Part shown: piece by piece, positions 29,037-39,208 of the stretch
How the letters are laid out: the number at the start of each line of letters is the position of its first letter
How positions within the stretch are numbered: position 1 is the stretch's first letter
From: a virus
Taxonomy: Duplodnaviria > Caudoviricetes
IMG/VR virus record: IMGVR_UViG_3300031784_000006
Length of the DNA stretch: 64,000 nucleotides
Strand: one strand, 5' to 3'
The notes under the pieces: generated by a model
Seen by the model: the letters and a program-made list of their open reading frames with translations, nothing else
Told to the model about the DNA's origin: nothing
Database searches by the model: none
Made by a program: the position numbers and the translations under genes

Positions 29037-29291
29037 CTATTTATTTTCCTTTAATAGATCTATTTCTAATTTTAACTCTTTAACAGCTTCTATTAAAACC
29101 GGGATTAACTGTATATAGTCCACGGAAAAATATCCAGAGTCATCCACCATTACCATCTCAGGAAATTCTCTTTGAATTTCCTGAGCTATTACTCCATAGT
29201 CAAATCCACTTTTTCCACTCAAATCTTTCATTTTATCGTTCCACTCATAATATTTTCCATTTATATTTGATAATCTATCAAGATATTTCAT
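29037..29291 (-). CDS. Peptidase S74 (intramolecular chaperone) C-terminal half as a free-standing ORF
   Basis: YYEWN..YGVIAQEIQREFPEMV..VDYIQLIPVLIEAVKELKLEI coiled coil. Confidence 0.8.
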   Translation of the reverse strand: MKYLDRLSNINGKYYEWNDKMKDLSGKSGFDYGVIAQEIQREFPEMVMVDDSGYFSVDYIQLIPVLIEAVKELKLEIDLLKENK

Positions 29292-29294
29292 TTT

Positions 29295-30998
29295 TTAAAA
29301 GTTTATATTCATTAATCTTTGTAATGCATTATTTATAGAAATAATATTCTTCTTAAGGCGTATATCGCTCATTTTTCCGCCGCCGCCACCGCCACCACCG
29401 CCGCCACCACCGCCGCCGCCCATTCCACCACCACCACCACCGCCGCCGCCACCGCCACCACCGCCGCCACCACCGCCGCCGCCCATTCCACCACCACCAC
29501 CACCGCCGCCACCACCGCCGCCACCGCCACCGCCACCACCGCCGCCACCACCGCCGCCACCACCGCCGCCGCCGCCACCACCGCCGCCACCCATTCCACC
29601 GCCGCCACCACCGCCGCCAGAGGGAGCGCCACCGCCACCACCGCCCATTGGGGCACTACCGCCACCACCGCCGCCACCACCGCCGCCGCCGCCACCACCG
29701 CCGCCGCCCATTTGGCCTGCAGTTCCTCCACCAACTCTACTTCCTTCAACTGCCACTTTTGCCAAATTATTTCCTGGATTTGTTACTGTTTTTTGTCCAT
29801 GCTTAATATTGCCAGTTCCAACTTGTATATTTGCCGCCGATGCAAAATCACTGTTGTTTATCTTGTTAACAATTCTATTTTGAGCCTTTGCGCTCATATC
29901 TTTATCAATATTTTTAATTTCCTTCTTAGAAAGTCCTGCATCCTTAGCTAATTCTTTCAATCTACCAGCACCACCATCATAAAGTTGCTTTGTGCCATAG
30001 TTGTAGTAAATTGTTGTTGGTGCTGGTTTGGGTGTTGGTGTTGGTGTTGGTGTTGGTGTTGGTGTTGGTGTTGGTGTTGGTCCTGGTGTTGGTCCTGGTG
30101 TTGGTCCTGGTGTTGGTCCTGGTCCCGGTGTTGGAACTGGTGTTGGGTAATCTATTGGGAAATCAATAAATACATCTTCGTTTCCAGGTCCACCTATGAC
30201 ATTGATTACTTGAGTAATATTGGTTTCTACTCGAACTGGTCTAGTGACTATGACATTTTCTTGTACGGTATTTATTTTACCTTCGGCATGATAATTTTCT
30301 TCTGCTGCCGTTGTAAAAGTTCCAACAACTAGAGAATTGACTCTACTACTTGTAAGTCTGAAAGCTCTAACACCCGCTTCAAATGTGGGATTTGCATCTA
30401 CATTTGGGTTTGGAATAAAAAATGATCCAATAACAACCCCATCATCATTTGTCACTAGTCTTAAATCGGTGACTGTTGCCTCCGCTTTGGTTGTTGACCC
30501 CCTAAGTTTCATTCCAACAGCAATATAACCTAAAAAATCCGACGCCTTATCGGATAAACTATATGTGTCAACATTCAAAATGGTTGAAGTTGCTGAATAG
30601 TTAACAGGAATTGTTTGATTTTGATTGTATGGATTAATATCAAAAATATCTTCTGGATTTGTATAATCGCCATACTTATGATTTTGTACAGCAACTCTAA
30701 ATCTGCAACTTGGTAATTGTGGATTATCAAAAGAACCAACAACAGTTTCTCCGACCTGGAAAACTCCAGATGTCATTCTAATCTCAATTAGTTTTGGAAC
30801 AACAAATTTGCTAACATCAACTCCACCAAAAAAAGGATAAACTCTAGTAAGAGGTTTCATCCTTTTTGCAGTAAATTCAATGTTTCTAGACCTCATATAA
30901 GGTAATACTTTAGATGCTAGAACTCTATCGCCAAAAGATACCGTTTTTGACTGCGGTTCTTTTGGTGCGGTCATTGATGGTGGAGCTAAAGTAGTCAT
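29295..30998 (-). CDS. VrlC-like structural protein, middle part, with PT repeat, poly-Gly linker and start of an S74 domain
   Basis: [25 protein letters not shown]; ends [26 protein letters not shown]; CTAAATA at 31055-31061 upstream. Confidence 0.75.
   Translation of the reverse strand: MTTLAPPSMTAPKEPQSKTVSFGDRVLASKVLPYMRSRNIEFTAKRMKPLTRVYPFFGGVDVSKFVVPKLIEIRMTSGVFQVGETVVGSFDNPQLPSCRFRVAVQNHKYGDYTNPEDIFDINPYNQNQTIPVNYSATSTILNVDTYSLSDKASDFLGYIAVGMKLRGSTTKAEATVTDLRLVTNDDGVVIGSFFIPNPNVDANPTFEAGVRAFRLTSSRVNSLVVGTFTTAAEENYHAEGKINTVQENVIVTRPVRVETNITQVINVIGGPGNEDVFIDFPIDYPTPVPTPGPGPTPGPTPGPTPGPTPTPTPTPTPTPTPTPKPAPTTIYYNYGTKQLYDGGAGRLKELAKDAGLSKKEIKNIDKDMSAKAQNRIVNKINNSDFASAANIQVGTGNIKHGQKTVTNPGNNLAKVAVEGSRVGGGTAGQMGGGGGGGGGGGGGGGGGSAPMGGGGGGAPSGGGGGGGGMGGGGGGGGGGGGGGGGGGGGGGGGGGGGGGGGGGGMGGGGGGGGGGGGGGGGGGGGMGGGGGGGGGGGGGGGKMSDIRLKKNIISINNALQRLMNINF
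29376..29708 (-). repeat. GGN triplet repeat encoding about 110 residues of near-pure Gly with spaced Met
   Basis: ccg/cca triplets on plus strand throughout. Confidence 0.95.
30031..30146 (-). repeat. 6-bp (ACACCA) and 12-bp tandem repeats encoding (PT)n and (PTPG)n
   Basis: ggtgtt repeated 30031-30078 then ggtcctggtgtt units. Confidence 0.95.
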
Positions 30999-31079
30999 TT
31001 TTTTCCTTATTTTATATTGTTGATATTTTTATTGAATTGTCCTATCTAAGTTATTATTTAGGACAAAACTGCATCAATG

Positions 31080-34000
31080 TTAAGAACGTTTTCCCATCCT
31101 TAAATTAGTTCCTGGTATTTTTGGAGCCCTATTTTGACCCATACCTGCCCCCATAATAGAGCCTGTATTATTTGTGGGTTTACTTAAGATATTTGGATCT
31201 TTAATTCTTGGTTTACCCTTGTCATCTCGTTTTACCTGACCTGTCCTAATATCTAAGAGTTTATCAACAGTTCCCATTTTACCTTTAAGGACCTGCTTAA
31301 CATATTTGTTATTGTCTTTTATTAGTTGACCTTCTTTTTTAGTTCTATCTTCTGGTCTGGTTGCTGGCAATGTTTTCATCGGTGGCATTACAAAAGAACT
31401 ATTTGCCCCATCTTTTGGTATTCTTGGAGCAACGGAGTGTGAACCCATGCCCATTCCACCACCGCCCATTCCACCACCGCCGCCACCGCCCATTCCACCA
31501 CCGCCGCCACCGCCACCCATGTTGGCGTTGATACCACCTTTAAGTTTTGAAGGAAGAGCGCAAGCTGAAACACCTGGACTTGATACTTTAGGTTTATTAA
31601 CTTTTGGAACAGTTTTTGGTGGAGCAGAACTAGCGGCAGTTTGAGCTGCATTAGGTGTTGAAGTGGTTGTTGCAGTGGGTTTAGTTTCTGCTTTTGGTGC
31701 ATTTGTTGTAGGTGGAGACCAAGTTTCATGAGAATTCCATGTCACTGGCGCTAAACCTGTCTGTTGATCATTTTGAGTAGTTCTTGTTTGTAAACTTGTC
31801 TCAGTAAATGCATCTCCAATTTCTACAGTGTTTGGTTTTACTCTTACCTGATCGACCCAAACATCAGATGATGGATATAGTTCTATAGTTCCTGTATAGA
31901 ACTCTTCTGCAAATGGATTGACATTAACAGATCTAGTTGCATATGGTTGATTAATTAATCTTACTTCATTGTAGTCTAAAGTAATAAGTTGGCCAGTTCT
32001 TCTTACTCCACTTCCTATCAATGATCTATCAACTCTAGAATCTGCGTTTGGTCTTAATGGTCCAGAATTTCTTGATAGACTTATTTTAGAGGTTGTTCCT
32101 AATTGTAAATCTAATGATGTTGTATAGTGGGTTGGTCTTAGTTCTAAATTTTGGGTATCAATACTATTTTTAACAGTAGTTGATTTATTTTGTGCAATTG
32201 TTGTAGAAAAATTATCGACAAAAAATCCAGATTTAAAACGATTCAGTCCATTTTCATCAGTTACAGTGAAATTAGAAGTATCAATTTCTAAAGCAGAGAG
32301 AGAAGTGTAGTATTCTAAGTTTTCTATCCTATCTTCAAGTCTGCCAATATCTGCCATAGTATATCTTCTGTGCTCTTTAATTTCAATCTCAGCATCATCA
32401 ATATTGCAAAGATATGGGGGGAGATATACAGTTGCTAGTTCTATAGCATCATCATTTGTGAGTGGAACCTGTGGTATTTCTGCAGAAATACCGTACTTAA
32501 TGTAAAATAAACCAGTTTTATCCAACAAAATTTTATCTATTCTAGGTAAATAGAAGGAATATGTTAAGATAATAGACTCATCTGAAGCTAAAATATTAGG
32601 TGCAGAATTTCCTGCTGAAGTAAAGTTTCTACCAAAAAATTCAAAAGGAGATCTTGAACCGGCAGTAACTTCTATTGAAGAAACTCTAGGTCTAATATCA
32701 ATAATATCTGTAGAACGAACATCGTCATCAACGGCATCTACTTCACAATAATCGAATTGTTCATATGAATTTACTGTAGTTATATCCCCGGTATCTGACG
32801 GTAAGAAACTTGCCGATTCGTAAACTATTTTTAATTTTCTCGATAAAGTTTTTGCTTTACTTTGTTTTATTATTTTCGAATAGTCATAAATTGTTGATTT
32901 TTGATTTGTATCTAATAGGAACAAAGATGTTACGTCCCTATCTCCAACGTCAACCAAAGAAATGTTTGCAGTTATACCACTTTCTTTGAATACTATTTCC
33001 TCCCCCTCGATAAATTTATTTGAATTTACATATACAAACCCTATCTTTAGGTCGTTAATTTTTTCAGAGTATAATCCTATTGCTTTACTAGTTCTTCCAA
33101 CAAATTCTTCGCCAATCAATAAGTCGCCAACTCTATTTGTTGGGCCACTTAGAGATGTGAGAACTAGAGATGGTAGGTCTGGATCATTTATATCATTAGA
33201 TTCAAAAATTCCATAAACTCTTGTTACTTCTGGTTCCAATAAGCAAATTTCTTCATCTTGAACTCTGGTGCCATATGGATAATTTCCATATACTAAACCA
33301 TCATTAAGAGTGGTTCCACCAATTCCTGAGGAGGGTAAAGATGATTTATTTACTATTAATACATTTGCCCTATTCTTTGTTTTTATTTTAGATTTTATAT
33401 TTATTTTTCTTAATGTGGTTATTAATTTTGCTCTACCACTTCCAGACAATCCTTTTATCTGTAATGATAACGAACCATTTGAAAATACTAAATTATTTGA
33501 ACTTAATGGTTGAGTGTTACCGTCTTCAGTTATTAAAGTATATCTTTCTTCATCATAGGGTAAAAACGTCTCATTTGCACCCGCACTTATAATTTCGGTT
33601 GAACCCAATACAATTGTTACATCATATTGTTTTTTTATTGTTAAATTTGTTTCATTTAAATCTACACTTTCTAAGTTTCTCTTGGGCAATACTGTGTATA
33701 AAGTATTATCTGAAGAAGTTGGTACAGGAGTTGATAGAATCCTAAAGTCAGTTGGATTTATTGATGATGTGGGCAAAGCTCCATCACATATTCCATGGAC
33801 GGTTGTTACTCCGCTGATAGTTAAAGTTTTTCCAGAAACTGACTCAACAGATGCGAAAGTAACCGTAGAAACTCCTGGATTGGTAAATGCAACTAAATTC
33901 CCGGTAGTTACAACTCCGGTAAAGAAATTCTCAACAGAAGTAACAACCGAAATATTTCCACTTCTAGCACCAATTGTTACCTGACCTATTGGAACAGAAA

Positions 34001-35747
34001 CTGACTGTATAGTGTCTGCAGAAAAAGTGAAGGCGGTTCCTACAATTCCATATAAAGATTCAACGTCACTCATTGAGTATTGACGTGTTTTTTTAACAAT
34101 TCTGTTATTATCTACACCATCAAAAATTAATTTTTCACCTAAAGAAAATGCCCCCTGTACATCATAAACAGTTAAAGCAACTCCTGCAGAAACTGGATAT
34201 CTCAAGAATCCAGAAGCACCACTTTGTCTACCCTTAATGTGAGTTGGGGTATTTAGTGTTATTGGTGTGTTAAGGGTTAAATTTGTATATGTTTGTATGT
34301 CATATAAAGAAATATCCCATACATTTTCTTGTGGAGATGAAGTTGTATAGGAACCAGATTCTAAAGCAAAGTCATATACTCTTGCAACTCCAATTTCATT
34401 TCCTGCAGGGACTAGGGAAGAAGTTCCTACTCTAGAATCTCTAAGAGTTACATAATAACTAGTGCCAAATCCAATTATTGGCGAACCATAAACTCTATTC
34501 AGAGAAAGAGAATACCCAGTAGTGTAATTTACACTTTGGTCTGCTAGTGTTTTTGTTGTTCTTGGCTTTTGAAAATCAAAAAATCCTGGACTAATAGATT
34601 CAATTTCAAACCCCTTTACATATGCTTTAGTTGGAGAAATGCTATAAGTTCCTAAATCTTCGCTTGGTTGATTGTTATCATAAGTTAACTGCTCTTCTGT
34701 AAAAATACCATTATTTCCCTTTAGATTATTTAAAGTTTCTCTAGCAGTAATAACGGGAGAATTGACGTAATAATCTCCAGATTCATCGTAAGTTCTTCTT
34801 GCCAGTTCTTGGGCAAATACATTATATTCTGGTTTTTTATTAAACTTTCTTAATACACCATCTTCTATTTCCATCAAAACGACAAAATTATCTAAATCAG
34901 TAGCGTCTAATGGAATTTGGTCTAGTTTTGCAAAAATAGATAATCTATCTGCTCCAGGTGCGGCAAAATTATTAAATCCCTGAGAATTATCGTTTAGAGT
35001 TTCGTCATCAAAAGAATCTACTATTCTTTCAAATATTCTAAGACCAACTTTTGCACTTGGTGTTGCTGAATATGGCGAAAGATATAAAACACTTGTAGGA
35101 ACTGTTACAAAAAATCCTCTTATAAAATATACTCCCTCTTCCAAATATACTGCAGAACCTTTAAAAGTGCTTTTTCCTGTTATTGTTGTTGCAAAAGACT
35201 GACCTCGCAACAAACTCAATTCTTTAATATCATCATCATTATCTTCTCCAGCTGACTCTAGAGATTGTTTGTCTACAACAATAGTATCGTCATCATTTAC
35301 TAGTAAAGTTTCTCCGTTTAAAAATGTTAACTGCTCATTGCCTGTACCAGAAGCCAAATATTTTACATATAATGTAGTATTCTCTACGCCGCTACCCTGA
35401 GGTAAGAATGCTTGAATAGTTGCAGTTACTCCACTGGTTTGTCCTTTTATCTCCGAACCAATTAGAGTATCTAAGTAATATGATGATGGTTTGCCTTGAA
35501 ATTGATTTTCTAAGATTACGGCATTTAAATCATTTTTATATGTTAAGTTGCCTGGGATTACTACAGAACCCTCTTTAAAAAAATGATTTCCAAACTGCTC
35601 AATTTGATTTTGCAGCATAGACTGCAAAGTAGTTAATTCCCTAGCTTGTACCGGAAATCCTGGTTTAAACAGTACTCTGAAAAAGTTTTTATCTCGGTCA
35701 TAGTCATCATAATATGGGGATATATTGAGATTAAGTTCTTGTGCCAT
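31080..35747 (-). CDS. VrlC-like (DUF4815-type) giant structural protein, N-terminal part
   Basis: LNISPYYDDY, RVLFKPGFPVQARELTTLQS.LQNQIEQFG, APGADRL, LARRTYDESGDY, RFKSGFFVDNF; Gly/Met-rich basic C-tail. Confidence 0.85.
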   Translation of the reverse strand: MAQELNLNISPYYDDYDRDKNFFRVLFKPGFPVQARELTTLQSMLQNQIEQFGNHFFKEGSVVIPGNLTYKNDLNAVILENQFQGKPSSYYLDTLIGSEIKGQTSGVTATIQAFLPQGSGVENTTLYVKYLASGTGNEQLTFLNGETLLVNDDDTIVVDKQSLESAGEDNDDDIKELSLLRGQSFATTITGKSTFKGSAVYLEEGVYFIRGFFVTVPTSVLYLSPYSATPSAKVGLRIFERIVDSFDDETLNDNSQGFNNFAAPGADRLSIFAKLDQIPLDATDLDNFVVLMEIEDGVLRKFNKKPEYNVFAQELARRTYDESGDYYVNSPVITARETLNNLKGNNGIFTEEQLTYDNNQPSEDLGTYSISPTKAYVKGFEIESISPGFFDFQKPRTTKTLADQSVNYTTGYSLSLNRVYGSPIIGFGTSYYVTLRDSRVGTSSLVPAGNEIGVARVYDFALESGSYTTSSPQENVWDISLYDIQTYTNLTLNTPITLNTPTHIKGRQSGASGFLRYPVSAGVALTVYDVQGAFSLGEKLIFDGVDNNRIVKKTRQYSMSDVESLYGIVGTAFTFSADTIQSVSVPIGQVTIGARSGNISVVTSVENFFTGVVTTGNLVAFTNPGVSTVTFASVESVSGKTLTISGVTTVHGICDGALPTSSINPTDFRILSTPVPTSSDNTLYTVLPKRNLESVDLNETNLTIKKQYDVTIVLGSTEIISAGANETFLPYDEERYTLITEDGNTQPLSSNNLVFSNGSLSLQIKGLSGSGRAKLITTLRKINIKSKIKTKNRANVLIVNKSSLPSSGIGGTTLNDGLVYGNYPYGTRVQDEEICLLEPEVTRVYGIFESNDINDPDLPSLVLTSLSGPTNRVGDLLIGEEFVGRTSKAIGLYSEKINDLKIGFVYVNSNKFIEGEEIVFKESGITANISLVDVGDRDVTSLFLLDTNQKSTIYDYSKIIKQSKAKTLSRKLKIVYESASFLPSDTGDITTVNSYEQFDYCEVDAVDDDVRSTDIIDIRPRVSSIEVTAGSRSPFEFFGRNFTSAGNSAPNILASDESIILTYSFYLPRIDKILLDKTGLFYIKYGISAEIPQVPLTNDDAIELATVYLPPYLCNIDDAEIEIKEHRRYTMADIGRLEDRIENLEYYTSLSALEIDTSNFTVTDENGLNRFKSGFFVDNFSTTIAQNKSTTVKNSIDTQNLELRPTHYTTSLDLQLGTTSKISLSRNSGPLRPNADSRVDRSLIGSGVRRTGQLITLDYNEVRLINQPYATRSVNVNPFAEEFYTGTIELYPSSDVWVDQVRVKPNTVEIGDAFTETSLQTRTTQNDQQTGLAPVTWNSHETWSPPTTNAPKAETKPTATTTSTPNAAQTAASSAPPKTVPKVNKPKVSSPGVSACALPSKLKGGINANMGGGGGGGGMGGGGGGGMGGGGMGMGSHSVAPRIPKDGANSSFVMPPMKTLPATRPEDRTKKEGQLIKDNNKYVKQVLKGKMGTVDKLLDIRTGQVKRDDKGKPRIKDPNILSKPTNNTGSIMGAGMGQNRAPKIPGTNLRMGKRS

Positions 35748-35753
35748 AATTCT

Positions 35754-37310
35754 TTAAAACTGCAAAATAATCTTAATGTCTTCTTTTTGATTAGATGACC
35801 TCGTTATTGAGGGTCTATTGTCAACATAAAGTATATCTCCAGAGTATTTTTTAACGTCTGGATTTGATACTCCATTGACAAAAACTTGACCAAGATAATA
35901 TGTCTTACTATTTAGGATAGTGGAAATACCGCTAAAACTTGTGTCTATACCCAAATTTGTGTTTCCACCTTCGATGAGTAAAGAACCACCACTTGATGGG
36001 TTTGACGTAAACCTATTCATTCCAAATCCATATATGGCAGATGATGGATTTGAAGTTCCGTCCGAATTAAACCCAACTAAAGATTTATCCTGCCAATACT
36101 TTAAAACACCTGTTATTTTATCATAGGAAACAACTCTACCAACTGCAGTTGATCCTAAACCAACTGTCTGTTTAATTGTAGAATCTGGAAGAAAAATTGC
36201 GTTACTATATCCAACCCCAACTAATTTTAATGCGTATACTGCGCTGGCCTTGTCTACAATTAAATTTGTATCTGAATTTGCATTTTTTGGATTTCTAACT
36301 ATCCCAACTCTAGCAATTTGATTTCCTGTAGTAAAAATTGTGTTTTGAATACTATTTTCTAACCTAGAGTAAAGTAATACGTTAGTTGCTCCAAGTTCTT
36401 TATAAACATTTGCTCCATGACCACCATCGGGAGGAATAATGACATCAAACGTTGGTGAAATCGTAGCATCAGGAACACCTCCGGATTTTAAATCCACCGT
36501 ACCATAAGTATATCCAGAACCACCGTTAGATATGGTTATTGAAGAAACCTTTGAGTCTCCATTAATAACAATAGTAGCCTTTGCATCACTACCATCTCCT
36601 TTAATTGGTACATTTGAGTAAACTGCATTTGCAGTTCCAACCCCCACTCCCCTATTTTTTATTGTTGCAATCTTTATTTGTCCACTTGTTGCTGCATTAT
36701 TTCTTACTGCAGAATTTTCTGTGTTTGTTAACCAGTTTTTTGGAACAGGTATATAATTAGTAGATTCGAATTTTATAATATCACTTGGTTTAATAGTAAA
36801 CAAATATTTCCATATATATCCATCTCCACTATCTCCCGCAGTTCTTGGTTCTAAATCAGTAAAAATTGGTTGGTCAATAGATGGTTTTCCTACAGGATTT
36901 TCTGGGTCAACACCATTGTATAAGCAAATATAAACTTTATAATCATCATTTACTACGTAGTAATTTGCATTATATAAATTTGTAGCTTCTGATGGTTTTG
37001 ATAAATTTGTCCTACTTATATCATGCCTATACATGTCATAAGTAGTGCCGGAGGTCCAAGTATTTCTTTTTATGACTTGCCTAACATCATCACTAAAAAT
37101 TCTTTTTAATGCTATCATTGTGTCCCAATAATCATCTTCTTGCTCAAAACTATCTTTTGGAGATGGAGGACTAAAATCCCAATTTTCATTATAATTTGTA
37201 GGATTTGGTAGGCCAACAAAAGCATAATAACTATTTTCTTCCGATTCTACATCAGATATAAAGGAGTTAGCATTTAAAATTCTGAATTGATTAGTTATAA
37301 TTGCAGACAT
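35754..37310 (-). CDS. gp8: Baseplate wedge subunit
   Basis: SAIITNQFRILNA, WTSGTTYDMY, DGYIWKYLF, PPDGGHG, YVDNRPSITRSSNQKEDIKIILQF. Confidence 0.92.
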   Translation of the reverse strand: MSAIITNQFRILNANSFISDVESEENSYYAFVGLPNPTNYNENWDFSPPSPKDSFEQEDDYWDTMIALKRIFSDDVRQVIKRNTWTSGTTYDMYRHDISRTNLSKPSEATNLYNANYYVVNDDYKVYICLYNGVDPENPVGKPSIDQPIFTDLEPRTAGDSGDGYIWKYLFTIKPSDIIKFESTNYIPVPKNWLTNTENSAVRNNAATSGQIKIATIKNRGVGVGTANAVYSNVPIKGDGSDAKATIVINGDSKVSSITISNGGSGYTYGTVDLKSGGVPDATISPTFDVIIPPDGGHGANVYKELGATNVLLYSRLENSIQNTIFTTGNQIARVGIVRNPKNANSDTNLIVDKASAVYALKLVGVGYSNAIFLPDSTIKQTVGLGSTAVGRVVSYDKITGVLKYWQDKSLVGFNSDGTSNPSSAIYGFGMNRFTSNPSSGGSLLIEGGNTNLGIDTSFSGISTILNSKTYYLGQVFVNGVSNPDVKKYSGDILYVDNRPSITRSSNQKEDIKIILQF

Positions 37311-37337
37311 TTTTATAGTTTTTTATTTATTTATCTG

Positions 37338-39176
37338 TTAAATTGCAATTGTATCTAGAGTTCCATCATCCATAACGATTATTCTATATCTAGTTCCATT
37401 GGGAGAACTTAAAATTATACCAACAGAGGTGTCTACACCAACATTTACATCACTCGAATATGTTGAAATTCCTGAGACATTTAACTGATTTGAAGATACA
37501 GTTCCACTAACTGATAACCCCCCAGTGCTTGCAACAGAGTACTCTATTAGTCCAGTTTCATCAGTCAACTTAACTTCTTTAGCCCCAAGAATTAATGGGA
37601 AACTACCAGAAATATCTCTAACTTGACTACTTTGGCCTCCAGCAAATTCACTAGATGCGTGATAAACTCTGAATGAATTTGGAGAACCTAAATTAATATA
37701 CTTATCATCATCAAAATTTATATTATCTTTAAAAGTTACAGTACTTTCAAATGTAGAAATACCGGATATACTAACTTCTTGTGCAAATAATGTTCCATTA
37801 CTCACTGTAGTAATACCACTTAAAGTAGAAACACCAATTACATTTAATGAATTTGAATTTAAAGTAGAAACTATACAATCTGTCGAGTTTAGGGTAGTGA
37901 TTGTGCTTAGAGTACCTACTAAATTATCTGTCGTTACACTTGAACAATTTAAAGATGTTATGGTTGAAGATGTTCCTGTAAGACTTGCAATATTTGCATT
38001 TTGAGTAGTTAAATCTGTGCTGTTTAGTGTTGAAATTGTACCAATTCCAATAGATGAAATATTTGTAATCGTCAATTGGTCCGAACTTAATATTTCAGAA
38101 TCACCAATTTTATAACTTTTACCTGAGTTTAAATTCAGATTCTCACTCAATTTCCAAGAATCGCTTGAAAAATGATAAAGTATTGTTTTTGTAATATTTG
38201 TCGAACCTATGCCAATACCAGCACCGTCTAGTAATAAGTTAGTACCAACTGAAGTTGCTATTCCGACATTAAAATCCGCTAACTCAATATTTGATGAACT
38301 GACAATAAATTGATCTCCATCAACATATAAATCTCCTTTTATTCTTATAATTCCAACATTATCACCTATAGTTTCTGGATCAATAATAATTGTTGATGGA
38401 CCTGTAATAGAATTTGCAGTAATATTAATTGCGGTTCCTGTTGCTCCTGTAGAGAAACTTGTTGCAGTTATAATCCCCGTAGAGAAAATATTATCATTAA
38501 TAATATTGGGGAGAGTTGAAATTCCGGAGCAATTAATATTTGATGAAATTAAATCATTAACATTCGAATTTGTTACAGTTAAATTTGTTATTGTGCAAGA
38601 TGTGCCAGTTAAAGTATCTGTAGTGATAATATTAGAAGATACTGAACTAATAGTTGCAGAAGAACCCACAATATTAGTAATATTTGCATTAGTAATATTG
38701 GAATTTGTATTATTTGAATTTGTAATAGTACTGGCAGAACCTATGATAGAAATTGCATTTAAATTCGTTGTAGTTGTATTTGTTACCGTTAGATCTGTTC
38801 CAAAATAAGTTGTAATTGTTGCTGCAGTACCAGTCAAATTTGTAATATTACTATTAGTATTTGTAAAATCACTTATTGTACCAAAACCAGAATTAATCTG
38901 GCCATTAAAAGTTGTAGCTGTGACTATTCCTGTAAATTTGCCATCCCCAGAAACAGTAAGTCTGCTAGTTACATTTGTTGTACCTATACCAACACTTAAC
39001 GTTGTAGTAATTCCAGTACTACGTTTATCCCATATTGCAACATCAAGATTTACGCCATCACCCAAAAAGTTATATATTTCATCAAAGTTTTCATTAATTT
39101 TAATTGCACCAACCAGCAATGTATCGCCATCACCGGCATTAGGAGTTGAACCAGTATTTATTCCTAATTTAGACAT
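37338..39176 (-). CDS. Baseplate-attached fibre/structural protein with Thr/Asn/Ser repeats
   Basis: gp9/gp10-type N-terminus INTGSTPNAGDGDTL..GA.KINENF.EIY; NxNITNLTG-like repeats; ends SPNGTRYRI. Confidence 0.7.
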   Translation of the reverse strand: MSKLGINTGSTPNAGDGDTLLVGAIKINENFDEIYNFLGDGVNLDVAIWDKRSTGITTTLSVGIGTTNVTSRLTVSGDGKFTGIVTATTFNGQINSGFGTISDFTNTNSNITNLTGTAATITTYFGTDLTVTNTTTTNLNAISIIGSASTITNSNNTNSNITNANITNIVGSSATISSVSSNIITTDTLTGTSCTITNLTVTNSNVNDLISSNINCSGISTLPNIINDNIFSTGIITATSFSTGATGTAINITANSITGPSTIIIDPETIGDNVGIIRIKGDLYVDGDQFIVSSSNIELADFNVGIATSVGTNLLLDGAGIGIGSTNITKTILYHFSSDSWKLSENLNLNSGKSYKIGDSEILSSDQLTITNISSIGIGTISTLNSTDLTTQNANIASLTGTSSTITSLNCSSVTTDNLVGTLSTITTLNSTDCIVSTLNSNSLNVIGVSTLSGITTVSNGTLFAQEVSISGISTFESTVTFKDNINFDDDKYINLGSPNSFRVYHASSEFAGGQSSQVRDISGSFPLILGAKEVKLTDETGLIEYSVASTGGLSVSGTVSSNQLNVSGISTYSSDVNVGVDTSVGIILSSPNGTRYRIIVMDDGTLDTIAI

Positions 39177-39208
39177 TGATAGATATTACCTTTTTACATA
39201 TTTATGAA

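Noticed and set aside
29288-29300. TTTAAAA slippery sequence at the S74 junction
   Set aside because: The two ORFs are already in the same frame, so a frameshift would not join them
29369-29749. Minus-strand Ala/Val-rich ORF, and the Pro-rich plus ORF at 31447-31644
   Set aside because: Alternate-frame shadows of the poly-Gly tracts
29985-30332. Plus-strand 115-aa ORF with (CW)n repeat
   Set aside because: Reverse-frame shadow of the (PT)n repeat
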